Positions 45,119 through 57,523 of a DNA stretch of 64,000 nucleotides are shown here, one piece after another. The notes below the pieces were generated by a model. That model did not search any database, was not told the origin of the DNA, and saw nothing but the letters and a program-made list of their open reading frames with translations. This DNA is from an uncultured Rickettsiales bacterium. GTDB taxonomy: Bacteria > Pseudomonadota > Alphaproteobacteria > Rickettsiales > CANDYO01. Position 1 is the stretch's first letter; each line of letters starts with the position of its first letter. The stretch is taken from positions 144,998-208,997 of the forward strand of contig CAYHIS010000001.1 of assembly GCA_964356785.1 (NCBI GenBank), read 5' to 3'. Both the position numbers and the translations under genes were made by a program.

Positions 45119-46222
45119 TTATTTAGGTATGTTTTCTACAATTTCAAGCTCTGTATCAATCTCAAGAATTAAGGCTTCCTTCGCAGGTAATTTAACATCA
45201 GATGGAAAAAAACTTACTCTTTTATTATAAAGTAAACTACTTGGCAATAATATTGTTCTTTTACTATCAGATTTCATATTCTCAAATGCTTTATTTATAG
45301 CCGGCGGCACTTCAGCGCTACCTAAAATAAAACTAACAGGCCCTTTGCTTTTAGCTATTATTTTCTCATGAGTATTAGATAATTTATAATGAAAAAATAT
45401 TTCATTGCTACATAATAATCTTTTACTATCATTTCTAATTTGAGTCTGATAAATACTCATTTTATTTTTCCAATCAGAAAGAGCAAATTTTATATCTAGC
45501 AACTCAACGTCAATTGTAATAAATTCATTATTCCCAACTAAACCTTTTGAAAACTCATTGTTAATATAACCAAGTCTTGGAGGAACGATCAATCTTCTAA
45601 TGCCCCCTTTTTTCATTCCAATTAATGCATATTCTATACCTTTTATTACTTTTCTATTACCAATCTGAAAGGTCTTTGGCTTATTATTTAAGCGACTATT
45701 TTCAATTTCTTGCCCATTTACTAAGCGAGTAATGTAATGAATTGTTACGATGTCTCCACATTCTGCTGACTCTCCCTCACCATCTAAAATATTCAAAATA
45801 GAATTATTGCTATAAGGATTTGGTTCAATTTTATTACCATTTTTATCCTCTTCTTTGGGACTTGTTAGAATAGTATCCAAAATCTCACTGCCTTTGGAGG
45901 TATGGATTATATTATATATAGCATTATAAATTTTATTTTGAATAATATTCCATTTTTTATCACTGTCATCTTTATCTATGATAATAATTTTATTATCCTT
46001 ATCCCCAGGTTCTTGATCTTTTATAATAGGAGTACGCTTATCTATAAGATGCTCTGGATCAGCTGTAATAGATTCAACAGCAGCTTTTATCTTCTCTATT
46101 GTTTCAAACTTTTTTTCTAGAGCTGAATCAGTTGTAACAGCAATACCATGCTGCTTTTGAGTAACATATGCATATATCAGAAAACATATTATTAATATGG
46201 TAAACCATTTGCTTTTAAACAT
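45119..46222 (-). CDS. Membrane-anchored FKBP-type peptidyl-prolyl isomerase (one clear FKBP domain plus a degenerate second one)
   Basis: GDIVTIHYITRLVNGQEIENS...FQIGNRKVIKGIEYALIGMKKGGIRRLIVPP matches the FKBP_C consensus. N-terminal TM helix. Confidence 0.8.
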   Translation of the reverse strand: MFKSKWFTILIICFLIYAYVTQKQHGIAVTTDSALEKKFETIEKIKAAVESITADPEHLIDKRTPIIKDQEPGDKDNKIIIIDKDDSDKKWNIIQNKIYNAIYNIIHTSKGSEILDTILTSPKEEDKNGNKIEPNPYSNNSILNILDGEGESAECGDIVTIHYITRLVNGQEIENSRLNNKPKTFQIGNRKVIKGIEYALIGMKKGGIRRLIVPPRLGYINNEFSKGLVGNNEFITIDVELLDIKFALSDWKNKMSIYQTQIRNDSKRLLCSNEIFFHYKLSNTHEKIIAKSKGPVSFILGSAEVPPAINKAFENMKSDSKRTILLPSSLLYNKRVSFFPSDVKLPAKEALILEIDTELEIVENIPK

Positions 46223-46297
46223 AAAACTCTAAAATATTGTCAATTTATAGAAACAGTATATACTTTTGCGTGTGTTTAGTAAAATGGGAAAATAATA

Positions 46298-47689
46298 ATG
46301 AGCAATTTTGATGTAGCAGTAATAGGCGCCGGTCCTGGTGGTTATGTGGCGGCAATAAGAGCGGCGCAGTTGGGGTTAAAAGCAATAGTCATTGAAAAAC
46401 AACATCTAGGCGGCATTTGTTTGAATTGGGGATGCATCCCAACGAAAGCTTTGCTTAAATGCTCAGAAGTTCATCATCTTCTGCATAATTTAGACAATTA
46501 CGGATTTAGTGCTGATAATATAAAATTTGATTTTAAAAAAATCATTGAACGCTCAAGAAACGTGGCTAAACAATTAAATAATGGTATTTCTCATTTGCTT
46601 AAAAAGAATAAAGTTGAAGTAATAATGGGCGAAGGAAAGCTTATAAATAAAAATACTATTTCTGTTTCTCAAGAAGGAAAAATCACCAAAATCACAGCAA
46701 AAAATATAATATTAGCGACGGGCGCGAGAGCACGTATAATACCAGGGTTTGAATCAGATAATAAATTTATTTGGACTTATAAAGAAGCAATGACGCCTGA
46801 TTCCATGCCAAAATCAGTAATTATAGTCGGCTCAGGCGCAATTGGCGTAGAATTTTCTAGCTTTTACCATAGTATGGGCGCGGAAGTTACCTTAGTTGAA
46901 ATGTTTGATAGAATTTTACCAAGTGAAGATGAAGAGATAGCAGCTCTTGCACATAAATCCTTTGCTAAGCAAGGAATACAAATATACACTTCGGCGCAAA
47001 TAACTAAGTTCGCAAAAAACGCAAATAATGTTACAGCAACTATTACTACAAATGGCAAAGAGACTTTCGTTACTGCAGATAAAATAATTATGGCTGTAGG
47101 CATTGTTGCTAATGTAGAAAATATAGGCCTTGAAAATACAAAGGTAAAACTTGAAAATGGACGAATTAAAGTAAATGAATATTGCCTAACAGATGAAGCT
47201 AATATATATGCAATTGGTGACATTATCAACGGACCATGGCTTGCTCATAAAGCCAGCCATGAAGCAATTTTGGTTGCTGAGAAAATATCTGGAAAGAAAA
47301 AAACTCATCCTATAAAAAGAGAAAATATTCCTGGTTGCACTTATTCTTATCCACAAATTGCTAGCATTGGTATCACTGAAAAGCAGGCTAAAGAAAAGAA
47401 ACTTGATGTTAAAGTAGGTAGATTTCCATTTATGGCCAATGGAAAAGCAATTGCTTTAGGTGAAACAGATGGTTTAATTAAAACTATTTTTGATAGTAAA
47501 ACTGGCGAGTTGTTGGGCGCCCACATGATAGGAGCTGAAGTTACAGAAATGATTCAAGGCTTTGCAATCCATAAAACTATGGAAGGAACTGAAGAAGATT
47601 TAATCAATTGTATTTTTGCTCATCCAACACTTTCTGAAATGATGCATGAATCGGTGTTAAGCGCTTACGACAGAGCCATACATATATAA
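46298..47689 (+). CDS. lpdA: Dihydrolipoamide dehydrogenase, second paralog (probably the PDH-associated E3)
   Basis: GAGPGGY, CLNWGCIPTK redox disulfide and the HAHPTLSE motif. Clearly paralogous to 830-2233. Confidence 0.9.
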   Translation: MSNFDVAVIGAGPGGYVAAIRAAQLGLKAIVIEKQHLGGICLNWGCIPTKALLKCSEVHHLLHNLDNYGFSADNIKFDFKKIIERSRNVAKQLNNGISHLLKKNKVEVIMGEGKLINKNTISVSQEGKITKITAKNIILATGARARIIPGFESDNKFIWTYKEAMTPDSMPKSVIIVGSGAIGVEFSSFYHSMGAEVTLVEMFDRILPSEDEEIAALAHKSFAKQGIQIYTSAQITKFAKNANNVTATITTNGKETFVTADKIIMAVGIVANVENIGLENTKVKLENGRIKVNEYCLTDEANIYAIGDIINGPWLAHKASHEAILVAEKISGKKKTHPIKRENIPGCTYSYPQIASIGITEKQAKEKKLDVKVGRFPFMANGKAIALGETDGLIKTIFDSKTGELLGAHMIGAEVTEMIQGFAIHKTMEGTEEDLINCIFAHPTLSEMMHESVLSAYDRAIHI

Positions 47690-47701
47690 GACTGTTTAAT
47701 A

Positions 47702-48829
47702 ATGATAATAAGCCTTAATGATATTAGAAGCAAATTACCTAAACTTCCTTTTACTATTATTTTGCTTATTATTTTTATTTCTTGCCTCGGTTTTGTGTTA
47801 ATGTATTCTGCAGCTAAAGGCAATATCCACCCTTGGGCTTTTAAACAGATTTTACATTTTACAATCTTTTTTCCATTAATGATTTTTATTAGTATTACTG
47901 ATATAAAATTCTGGTATAAATCTTCTTATCTATTTTATTATTTAGTTCTTTTATTGCTTGTTTTAGTGCATTCACTCGGTTACACAGCAATGGGCGCAAC
48001 CAGATGGATAAATTTGAGTATAATAAAAATTCAACCTTCTGAACTTATGAAAATAGCAATAATACTTGCTCTAGCGCGTTATTTTCATGATTGTGGCAAA
48101 GAAAAACTAACTTTCTTTAATATCGTTATTTCTGGGGTTATGCTGATGCTGCCTGCAGCCCTTATTATTAAACAACCAGATCTTGGCACCGGTCTTATAC
48201 TTTTACTTCTAGGCATTATAATATTTTTTATAGCAGGAATAAATAGATGGTATTTTATTATTGGCTTTATTGGTGTAAGCGTAGCTTTACCCATAGCCTG
48301 GCGCTTTTTATATGATTATCAGAAAAATAGAATCCTAACTTTCCTAAATCCAGAGTTAGATCCTTTGGGCAGCAGCTATAATATTATACAATCTAAAATA
48401 GCTATTGGGTCTGGTGGATTCTTTGGCAAAGGAATGACTAAAGGAAGCCAAAGTCAATTACAATTTTTACCAGAACATCAGACAGACTTTATCTTTACCA
48501 TGCTTTGCGAAGAATTAGGCATGCTTGGTGGTGGAGTATTGTTATTAATTTATTCAATTCTAATTTTTTATAGCTATCTAATCGCTGCGCGTTCACACTC
48601 TATTTATGGAAAACTACTTGCTTTGGGAGTGGCTAGTATGTTCTTCCTGCATGTATTTATTAACATCGGTATGGTTATGGGAGTCATACCAGCTGTTGGC
48701 GTTCCACTACCCATTTTATCATATGGCGGCACTAGCATGATGACTATATTAATCGGCTTTGGACTTATTATGAACGTTCATGTACATAATCGAAGTAATA
48801 TTAATAGCAATCTTAGCAATTTTTTTTAA
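47702..48829 (+). CDS. SEDS-family peptidoglycan glycosyltransferase (RodA/FtsW)
   Basis: About 10 TM helices. Conserved motifs QPSELMK, PEHQTDFIF and VGVPLPILSYGGTS. RodA versus FtsW cannot be decided from context. Confidence 0.85.
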   Translation: MIISLNDIRSKLPKLPFTIILLIIFISCLGFVLMYSAAKGNIHPWAFKQILHFTIFFPLMIFISITDIKFWYKSSYLFYYLVLLLLVLVHSLGYTAMGATRWINLSIIKIQPSELMKIAIILALARYFHDCGKEKLTFFNIVISGVMLMLPAALIIKQPDLGTGLILLLLGIIIFFIAGINRWYFIIGFIGVSVALPIAWRFLYDYQKNRILTFLNPELDPLGSSYNIIQSKIAIGSGGFFGKGMTKGSQSQLQFLPEHQTDFIFTMLCEELGMLGGGVLLLIYSILIFYSYLIAARSHSIYGKLLALGVASMFFLHVFINIGMVMGVIPAVGVPLPILSYGGTSMMTILIGFGLIMNVHVHNRSNINSNLSNFF

Positions 48830-48923
48830 AAGAAGTACCGCTTGAGATTAAACAGTTCTTCTTGCTTTACTGATATATTTGGTTATTATAGAATGTACTA
48901 AATTTTTTTATAAAGGATTTAAA

Positions 48924-49600
48924 ATGGATTTTTTACCATCTATACATAAAGAAGGTTATATTTTTATACTTATATTTTTGGCAGTAACTATTTTGTTTTC
49001 TGTATTTTCGGACAAACTAGCCATTATTGGGATTATTCTAACTTTATGGTGTATATATTTCTTTAGAAATCCTGAAAGAATAGTTCCTATAGGTGATAAT
49101 TTAATCATAAGCCCAGCAGATGGTGTAGTGCAAAAAATAGAAGCTGTAGAGCCACCTGTGAATTTGGATATGGGGAAAAATCTAAGAGTTAGAGTAAGTA
49201 TTTTTTTAAATGTCTTTAATGTCCATGTTAACCGCATTCCTGCAACTGGTACTATAAAAAAATTATACTATCATCCAGGAAAGTTCTTTAATGCATCTTT
49301 AGATAAAGCAAGCATTTATAATGAGCGCCAAGAAGCTTCCATGATAATGAAGGGCGGAGAGGAAATAGCTTTTTCTCAAATAGCTGGCCTTATAGCAAGA
49401 AGAATAGTATGTGACTTAGAAGAAAAGCAAAAAGTTGAATCAGGAGAGAGATTCGGGATTATAAGATTTGGTAGTCGTATGGATGTTTATTTGCCTGAGA
49501 ATGTGCAGCCTCTGGTTACTGTTGGGCAAACAATGATAGGTGGAGAAACTGTTATTGCTGATCTTGATAACAAAGAAGGACGCAAAGGAGAGGTTCGTTA

Positions 49601-49601
<1 letters not shown>
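48924..49601 (+). CDS. psd: Phosphatidylserine decarboxylase proenzyme (short type); start moved to MDFLPS
   Basis: Motifs ISPADG, VHVNRIP and the FGSR self-cleavage-site region. Directly followed by pssA. Confidence 0.88.
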
Positions 49602-51320
<1,719 letters not shown>

Positions 51321-51333
51321 TCTGGGGAAATTA

Positions 51334-52491
51334 ATGAATATCCATGAATATCAAGCAAAATCTATACTTTCGTCATATATTCCTGTGCCGAAAGGAAAGG
51401 TCGCTTTAAACAAAGAAGAAATTAAAGCAGCAGTAGCTGAGATTTCTACTCCTATTATTGTTGTAAAAGCACAAATTCACGCAGGCGGAAGAGGAAAGGC
51501 TGGTGGAGTTAAACTTGCAAAATCAAAAGAAGAAGCCGAAAAAATTGGTGAATCAATGTTCGGCATGACTTTAATAACTCCTCAAACAAGCGCAGAAGGA
51601 CAAGAAGTTAGAAGAGTATATTTCGAAGAAGGTTCAAATATTGAGAAAGAATATTATCTTGGCGCTATTATTGATCGTAGTAGCAATACAGTCACCTTTA
51701 TGGCTTCATGCGAAGGTGGAGTAGAAATAGAAGAAGTTGCTCATCATAGCCCAGAAAAAATTATTAAAGTAAATATTGACCCTGTTATGGGTATGCAAGC
51801 ATTCCATGGTAGAAAAATGGCATTTATGCTTGGTCTTTCAAGTGATAAAGTTGGTAAATTCACTAAAATGGCGTTAGGGCTTTACAAGGCATTCATGGAT
51901 CATGATGCAAGTCAATTAGAGGTTAATCCTTTAGTTCTAACTAAAGAAGGAGATTTTATTGCATTAGATGCGAAATTCAACTTCGATGATAATGCATTAT
52001 TTAGACAAGCTAAAGTTGTTGCAATGCGTGACGAAGCGGAAGAAAATCCATTTGAACTTCGTGCTGCTAAATCTGAAATCAGCTATGTAAAGATGGATGG
52101 AACAATTGGATGTATGGTTAATGGTGCTGGTCTTGCAATGGCAACCATGGATATTATTAAACTTTATGGTGGTGAACCTGCTAATTTCTTAGATGTTGGC
52201 GGAGGGGCAAATAAAGAAAAGGTAACCGAAGCTTTCAGAATTATTTTCTCAGATCCTGAAGTTAAAGGCGTGCTTATCAATATTTTTGGTGGAATTACTC
52301 GTTGCGATGTAATTGCCGAAGGAATAATCGCTGCAGCAAAAGAAGTTGATTTAAAAGTTCCTTTAGTTGTAAGGCTTGCTGGTACCAATTTTGAATTAGG
52401 TAAGAAATTACTAGATAATTCAGATTTAGAAATTACAGCAGCTAATGATCTCGCAGATGCAGCAGAAAAAATAGTTAAAGCAGGGTGTTAA
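51334..52491 (+). CDS. sucC: Succinate--CoA ligase beta subunit
   Basis: [10 protein letters not shown]-terminus, ATP-grasp domain and the C-terminal [15 protein letters not shown] motif. Confidence 0.95.
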   Translation: MNIHEYQAKSILSSYIPVPKGKVALNKEEIKAAVAEISTPIIVVKAQIHAGGRGKAGGVKLAKSKEEAEKIGESMFGMTLITPQTSAEGQEVRRVYFEEGSNIEKEYYLGAIIDRSSNTVTFMASCEGGVEIEEVAHHSPEKIIKVNIDPVMGMQAFHGRKMAFMLGLSSDKVGKFTKMALGLYKAFMDHDASQLEVNPLVLTKEGDFIALDAKFNFDDNALFRQAKVVAMRDEAEENPFELRAAKSEISYVKMDGTIGCMVNGAGLAMATMDIIKLYGGEPANFLDVGGGANKEKVTEAFRIIFSDPEVKGVLINIFGGITRCDVIAEGIIAAAKEVDLKVPLVVRLAGTNFELGKKLLDNSDLEITAANDLADAAEKIVKAGC

Positions 52492-52492
52492 T

Positions 52493-53368
52493 ATGTCAAT
52501 TATAATAAATAGAGATACAAAAGTAATTTGTCAGGGCTTCACAGGAGCTCAAGGCACATTCCATTCAACGCAAGCTATTGAGTATGGAACTAAGATGGTT
52601 GGAGGGGTAACCCCTGGTAAAGGCGGAACTACCCATCTTGAACTTCCTGTTTTTAATACTGTTGAAGAAGCAATTGCAAGAACGGGTGCTACTGCATCTG
52701 TTATATATGTTCCACCAGCTTTTGCAGCTGATTCTATATTGGAAGCGATTGATGCAAAAATGCCTTTAGTAGTATGTATTACTGAAGGAATTCCAGTGTT
52801 AGATATGATTAGAGTTAAGAGGGCATTACAAGGCTCAGAAACTAGACTAATCGGTCCAAATTGCCCTGGTATTATTACTCCTGATGAATGTAAAATCGGA
52901 ATTATGCCTGGCCATATCCATAAAAAAGGTAGAATTGGCATAGTTTCAAAATCTGGAACCTTAACTTACGAAGCGGTTGCTCAAGTAACAAGCGAAGGTT
53001 ATGGACAGAGCACCTGTGTTGGTATTGGTGGAGACCCTATAGCTGGAACAAGCTTTATTGATATATTAGAGCTTTTCTTAAAAGATGATGGAACAGATGC
53101 TATTATAATGATTGGTGAAATAGGCGGCTCCGCTGAAGAGGAAGCGGCCGATTTCGTTAAGCATAGCAGACATAAAAAACCAATGGTAGGATTCATTGCT
53201 GGACGCACAGCGCCTCCAGGAAAAAGAATGGGGCATGCTGGTGCTGTTATTCTTGGTGGAAAAGGAACTGCCGAAGGTAAATTCGAAGCGATGAGAAGCG
53301 CAGGATTTGCAGTAGCTGATTCTCCTGCTTTGATTGGCTCTACAATGGCTAAATTGCTGAAAAAATAA
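52493..53368 (+). CDS. sucD: Succinate--CoA ligase alpha subunit
   Basis: [23 protein letters not shown] and the phosphohistidine region GHAGA. Confidence 0.95.
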   Translation: MSIIINRDTKVICQGFTGAQGTFHSTQAIEYGTKMVGGVTPGKGGTTHLELPVFNTVEEAIARTGATASVIYVPPAFAADSILEAIDAKMPLVVCITEGIPVLDMIRVKRALQGSETRLIGPNCPGIITPDECKIGIMPGHIHKKGRIGIVSKSGTLTYEAVAQVTSEGYGQSTCVGIGGDPIAGTSFIDILELFLKDDGTDAIIMIGEIGGSAEEEAADFVKHSRHKKPMVGFIAGRTAPPGKRMGHAGAVILGGKGTAEGKFEAMRSAGFAVADSPALIGSTMAKLLKK

Positions 53369-53383
53369 GTCTAGATTTTAGCT

Positions 53384-53415
53384 ACCTCTGATTCTATCCC
53401 ATTAGGATCAGAGGT
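53384..53415. terminator. Hairpin between the convergent sucD and OMP genes (possible bidirectional terminator)
   Basis: 9-bp stem acctctgat / atcagaggt with a 14-nt loop, followed by ctatttt on the plus strand. Confidence 0.5.
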
Positions 53416-53420
53416 CTATT

Positions 53421-54212
53421 TTAAAATTTTATAGAAATACCTGTAATATAAGCCTCTACTATATATTCTTTCCTTTTTGTTATGTTGGTTGAATAACCCG
53501 TTTGCCAGGATATTTTATCATTAAATTTCCAAATGGTAGAAATCTCACCCTTATCAATATCTTGATTTCTATTTATCCCAATGTTTTTATAGCCGTAATA
53601 TTGCAATAAAAAGGATAATTTTGAAGTTATAGAAATTCCTAAACTAGTTTCTAACTTTGAACTTATGGTATTTGAATTATCTTTGATCTCATATTCTATA
53701 TTTATATAGCTATACTCCTTTCCAAGTAAAAAAGAATATCCATAAAGAAGAGATAGATTCAAAGCTTTGTCGATATCATTATTATAAATCTCTGGACCGA
53801 ATTTTACCGAAAAAATAGAATTGTCATTTTTCCAAATAGGTGTTTTTAAATATAATTTTGTTTCATATGGCTTGTTTTCAAATTTCTTGAAATGACTATC
53901 TAAGTATAATTCATTAGATTCAAAATTATTATAGGATTCGCTATTGTCTGTATAATTTTCTTCGTAAGACTTATAATTAAACCACTTCTCTTCTATACCA
54001 AAAGTTACCTTATCAGTTATTCCATATTCATAAAAACTGCTATAGAAATCCGATATAAATATTTTAGAAATTTTATTCTCATAAAAATCACTTAAAATAT
54101 TTTTCTCGAATTTAAAAATAAACTCAGATTCTCCCTTGTTCTTTACCCAAGCACCGGCATAGGAGTTATTAGAGAAAATAAAGATAAATAATATTATAGC
54201 TCTATATTTCAT
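53421..54212 (-). CDS. Hypothetical outer-membrane beta-barrel protein
   Basis: Signal peptide (SNNSYAGA), alternating aromatic/hydrophilic strands, C-terminal aromatic residue (..GISIKF). No specific family recognised. Confidence 0.5.
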   Translation of the reverse strand: MKYRAIILFIFIFSNNSYAGAWVKNKGESEFIFKFEKNILSDFYENKISKIFISDFYSSFYEYGITDKVTFGIEEKWFNYKSYEENYTDNSESYNNFESNELYLDSHFKKFENKPYETKLYLKTPIWKNDNSIFSVKFGPEIYNNDIDKALNLSLLYGYSFLLGKEYSYINIEYEIKDNSNTISSKLETSLGISITSKLSFLLQYYGYKNIGINRNQDIDKGEISTIWKFNDKISWQTGYSTNITKRKEYIVEAYITGISIKF

Positions 54213-54901
54213 TTAACAGTAATAAGTTCACCGTTTTCAATAGCTATTATTTTATCCATTTTTAAAGCCAGATGCTCATTGTGGGTGGCAACTATAGCGG
54301 AAAGATTCAATGATCTTACTAAAGAAAGAAATAGCTCAAAAACTATTTCTGAATTATGTGGATCCAGATTTCCTGTTGGTTCATCCGCTAAAATAATAGT
54401 TGGTTTTTTTACTAAAGCTCTTGCAATAGCAACTCTTTGTTGCTCTCCTCCAGACAACTGAGAAGGAAAATGATTTATTCTGGATTCTAAATTTAACATT
54501 TTTAATAGAGTTTCAGCCCTCTTTAGAGCGGTCTTTTTATCTATTCCAATAATAAGCTCCTGAAGCGCCACATTTTCAAGAGCTGTGAACTCAGGCAATA
54601 AATGATGGAATTGATAAATAAAACCAATATGTCTTCCTCTAATTTTTGTTAACATCTCTTCATTGGCTTTTTTTACGTTCACAGCTTTGATTATAATATC
54701 GCCAGAACTCGGCTTGTCTAATAAACCTATAATTTTTAATAAAGTACTTTTTCCAGATCCTGAAGGCCCTACTAACCCTGTTATCGTTCCAGATTCAAGT
54801 TTATAATTTACATTTTTAAGAACCTCTATTGATTCACCGCCTTGAACGAAGTTTTTGGAGAGGTTTTTTATTTCTAAAGATGTATTTTCATCCATAATCA
54901 T
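54209..54901 (-). CDS. lolD: Lipoprotein-releasing system ATP-binding protein
   Basis: Walker A GPSGSGKST, signature LSGGEQQRVAIARAL, Walker B ILADEPTG. Downstream of the LolC/E-type permease. Confidence 0.88.
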   Translation of the reverse strand: MIMDENTSLEIKNLSKNFVQGGESIEVLKNVNYKLESGTITGLVGPSGSGKSTLLKIIGLLDKPSSGDIIIKAVNVKKANEEMLTKIRGRHIGFIYQFHHLLPEFTALENVALQELIIGIDKKTALKRAETLLKMLNLESRINHFPSQLSGGEQQRVAIARALVKKPTIILADEPTGNLDPHNSEIVFELFLSLVRSLNLSAIVATHNEHLALKMDKIIAIENGELITVK

Positions 54902-56133
54902 TTAAGAATCCTAGCTGGATTAAGTTTAGCCGCTCTATATGCCGGATAAATCGTCGCTACAACAGACAATCCTGTAGACATGCTGGTTATTACCATAATA
55001 TCATTTATATATAGCTTAGAGGGCAAAAAAGACAAGAAATATATCAATGGGTCAAATATGGTGGTACCGGTAATATTTTGTAAAAACTGACGAATGGTTT
55101 CAATATTTTCTGCAAAACTTATTCCTAAAATTAACCCTAGAATTGTTCCAGATATCCCGATAGATGAACCACATATAAGAAAAATTCTTACGATAGATGC
55201 TCTAGTAATTCCCATTGTTCTTAAGATAGCAATATTTGATGTTTTATCTTTAACAAGCATTATTAGCCCAGAAATAATGTTAAATGCTGCAACGACCATT
55301 ATCAAAGTTAAAATCATAAACATAGCCATTTTTTCAATCTGCAAAGCATTCATTAATGATTCATTTCTTTGTTTCCAATTAACAATTCTATACTCATATT
55401 CCAAGTCTTTACTTAATTTTTCTGTATAATAATCAAGATTAGCATTTTTATCGAGAGTTACTTCTATTAGATTTACTCCTTTGGGTATTTTAAAATATAC
55501 TTGAGCTAAACTTAAAGGCATAAAAACTACTAAGCTATCTATTTCTTGGGTTCCAGAATCAAATATTCCAACTATATTACAAGTTTTTATTCTAGGTATA
55601 TTCCCAATTACAGTTGAGTTTGTTTGAGGAGACATTATTCTAATTTTATCCCCAATATGTACCCCCATTTGATTAGCTAAAGATAAGCCTATCAATATAC
55701 CATTATCTTTAAAATTATTTATATTCCCATGGATTATTTTATTGAATATCAAAGACTTTTTTTCTATATCAGAAGGACTAATACCTCGGACTTGAACACC
55801 TATATTACTTGAATTTGTAGCAAGAAGAGCTTGCTTTTCTATTACTGGAATAGCATCTATTACCTCTTCTTTTTTTATTTTTTTTATCAACTCTTCATAA
55901 TTTTCAATATTCCGGTCAGCTCTACTGTATATATTAATATCTCCAACTGCACCTATCATTAAGTTCGTCCATTCTTCTCTCACTCCAGCCATCATTGCCA
56001 TAACCACAATTAAAGCAGCAACTCCTAGAGCCGTTCCTATTAACGAAAATAAAGATACGACAGAAATAAATCCTTCTTCTTTTTTAGATTTTAAATATCG
56101 CCAAGCAATAAGGGCTTCAAGTTTTAGATTCAT
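54898..56133 (-). CDS. Lipoprotein-releasing system permease (LolC/LolE family)
   Basis: MacB-like/FtsX topology: TM1, large periplasmic domain, then three C-terminal TM helices ending in YPAYRAAKLNPARILK. Confidence 0.88.
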   Translation of the reverse strand: MNLKLEALIAWRYLKSKKEEGFISVVSLFSLIGTALGVAALIVVMAMMAGVREEWTNLMIGAVGDINIYSRADRNIENYEELIKKIKKEEVIDAIPVIEKQALLATNSSNIGVQVRGISPSDIEKKSLIFNKIIHGNINNFKDNGILIGLSLANQMGVHIGDKIRIMSPQTNSTVIGNIPRIKTCNIVGIFDSGTQEIDSLVVFMPLSLAQVYFKIPKGVNLIEVTLDKNANLDYYTEKLSKDLEYEYRIVNWKQRNESLMNALQIEKMAMFMILTLIMVVAAFNIISGLIMLVKDKTSNIAILRTMGITRASIVRIFLICGSSIGISGTILGLILGISFAENIETIRQFLQNITGTTIFDPLIYFLSFLPSKLYINDIMVITSMSTGLSVVATIYPAYRAAKLNPARILK

Positions 56134-56138
56134 ATTTC

Positions 56139-56576
56139 CTACTGAAATGGTTTTACAATAACTAGTATTACAGTAATTACCATTAAAATTGTAGGTATTT
56201 CATTTACTATTTTATAAAATTTTGCAGTATGCTTATTTTGCCCCCTTTCAAAATCCTTTCTTATTTTACCTAAAAAATGATGAAATCCCATAAGGATTAC
56301 TACACACGTCATTTTAATATGAAACCAAATTCCTAAATTCTTAAAACCATAAATATAAGCTAACCATAACCCCAAAACTAAACTTAATATCATGGAAGGA
56401 TTCATTATTATTCTCAACAATCTTCTCTCCATTGTTTGAAATAAAAAATCCTCTTTTGTTCCTTTTTTAACTTCACAATGATATACAAATAACCTAGGAA
56501 GATAAAATAGTCCAACCATCCAACTTATTACAAATATTAAATGAAAAGCTTTAATCCATTCATAATATTCAGCCAT
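56139..56576 (-). CDS. hemJ: Protoporphyrinogen IX oxidase HemJ
   Basis: 145 aa, 4 TM helices, N-terminal WIKAFHLIFVISWMVGLFYLPRLFVYH typical of HemJ. Adjacent to hemH and hemE. Confidence 0.85.
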   Translation of the reverse strand: MAEYYEWIKAFHLIFVISWMVGLFYLPRLFVYHCEVKKGTKEDFLFQTMERRLLRIIMNPSMILSLVLGLWLAYIYGFKNLGIWFHIKMTCVVILMGFHHFLGKIRKDFERGQNKHTAKFYKIVNEIPTILMVITVILVIVKPFQ

Positions 56577-56584
56577 ATTTTCTC

Positions 56585-57523
56585 CTATATAATTTGATCA
56601 ACTAAGCTTAATATAAAATTCTTATTTTCATTTAAAGCTGGCACCCTAACATATAAATTATTTGAAGCTTTTTTAAATAATTCCTTATATTCAATATCCA
56701 GTTCCACTAAGGTTTCTGAATGATCAGAAACAAAAGTTATCGGCACTACTAAAACAGATTTCTCTTTCGCAGCTTTAACAATCTCATCTTCCGTAGAAGG
56801 AGATAACCATTTTAAGTTCCCAACTTTACTCTGATAACAAATAATATAATCAGTGTTCTTTTTTAAATTATTTACTATTTCTTCAACGCATTCCTCAACT
56901 TGTTTTTGGTATGGATCTCCGTTTTTTATAATATATTCTGGTAAACTATGAGCAGAAAATAATATTCTATACTCCCCCGAAATTTTTTTTAAAGAAGCTT
57001 TTATTAAATCTACATGTGCCTTTATAAAGTTTTTATTTAAATGATAATTATATATAAATTTTAGCTTGATGTCTTTTATTTTTGATTTTTTTATTAATTT
57101 TGTAAATTCATCAAAAGAAGATTTGGTTGTGGTAGTTGAATATTGTGGATAAAGAGGTATCAAAATTAACTCATCTGGTTGATATTCTTCAATGTTTTTT
57201 AAAGTTTCAGAAGCAAAAGGATTAGAGTAACGCATTGATATAAAGACTTTATATTCTTTTTCTTTTCTTTTATTTAATTCCTCTTGTAAGAAAGCGGCTT
57301 GTTTTTGAGTAATTGATAAAATAGGAGAAGATCCACCTATTTTTTGATAAATTTCTTTAGCTATTTTTTCTCTTTTTGTAGCAATAAATTTAGCTAATAT
57401 CCATCTGAATGGATTAGGAAGACGAATAATTGCTGGATCATAAAATAAATTAAAAAGAAATTCTTTTACTGAAGATAAACTATCTGGTCCTCCCAGATTA
57501 AATAATACTATAGCTGTTTTCAT
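56585..57523 (-). CDS. hemH: Ferrochelatase
   Basis: LFNLGGPD N-terminus, PLYPQYS, and the FSAHSLP and SDHSETL motifs. Confidence 0.92.
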   Translation of the reverse strand: MKTAIVLFNLGGPDSLSSVKEFLFNLFYDPAIIRLPNPFRWILAKFIATKREKIAKEIYQKIGGSSPILSITQKQAAFLQEELNKRKEKEYKVFISMRYSNPFASETLKNIEEYQPDELILIPLYPQYSTTTTKSSFDEFTKLIKKSKIKDIKLKFIYNYHLNKNFIKAHVDLIKASLKKISGEYRILFSAHSLPEYIIKNGDPYQKQVEECVEEIVNNLKKNTDYIICYQSKVGNLKWLSPSTEDEIVKAAKEKSVLVVPITFVSDHSETLVELDIEYKELFKKASNNLYVRVPALNENKNFILSLVDQII

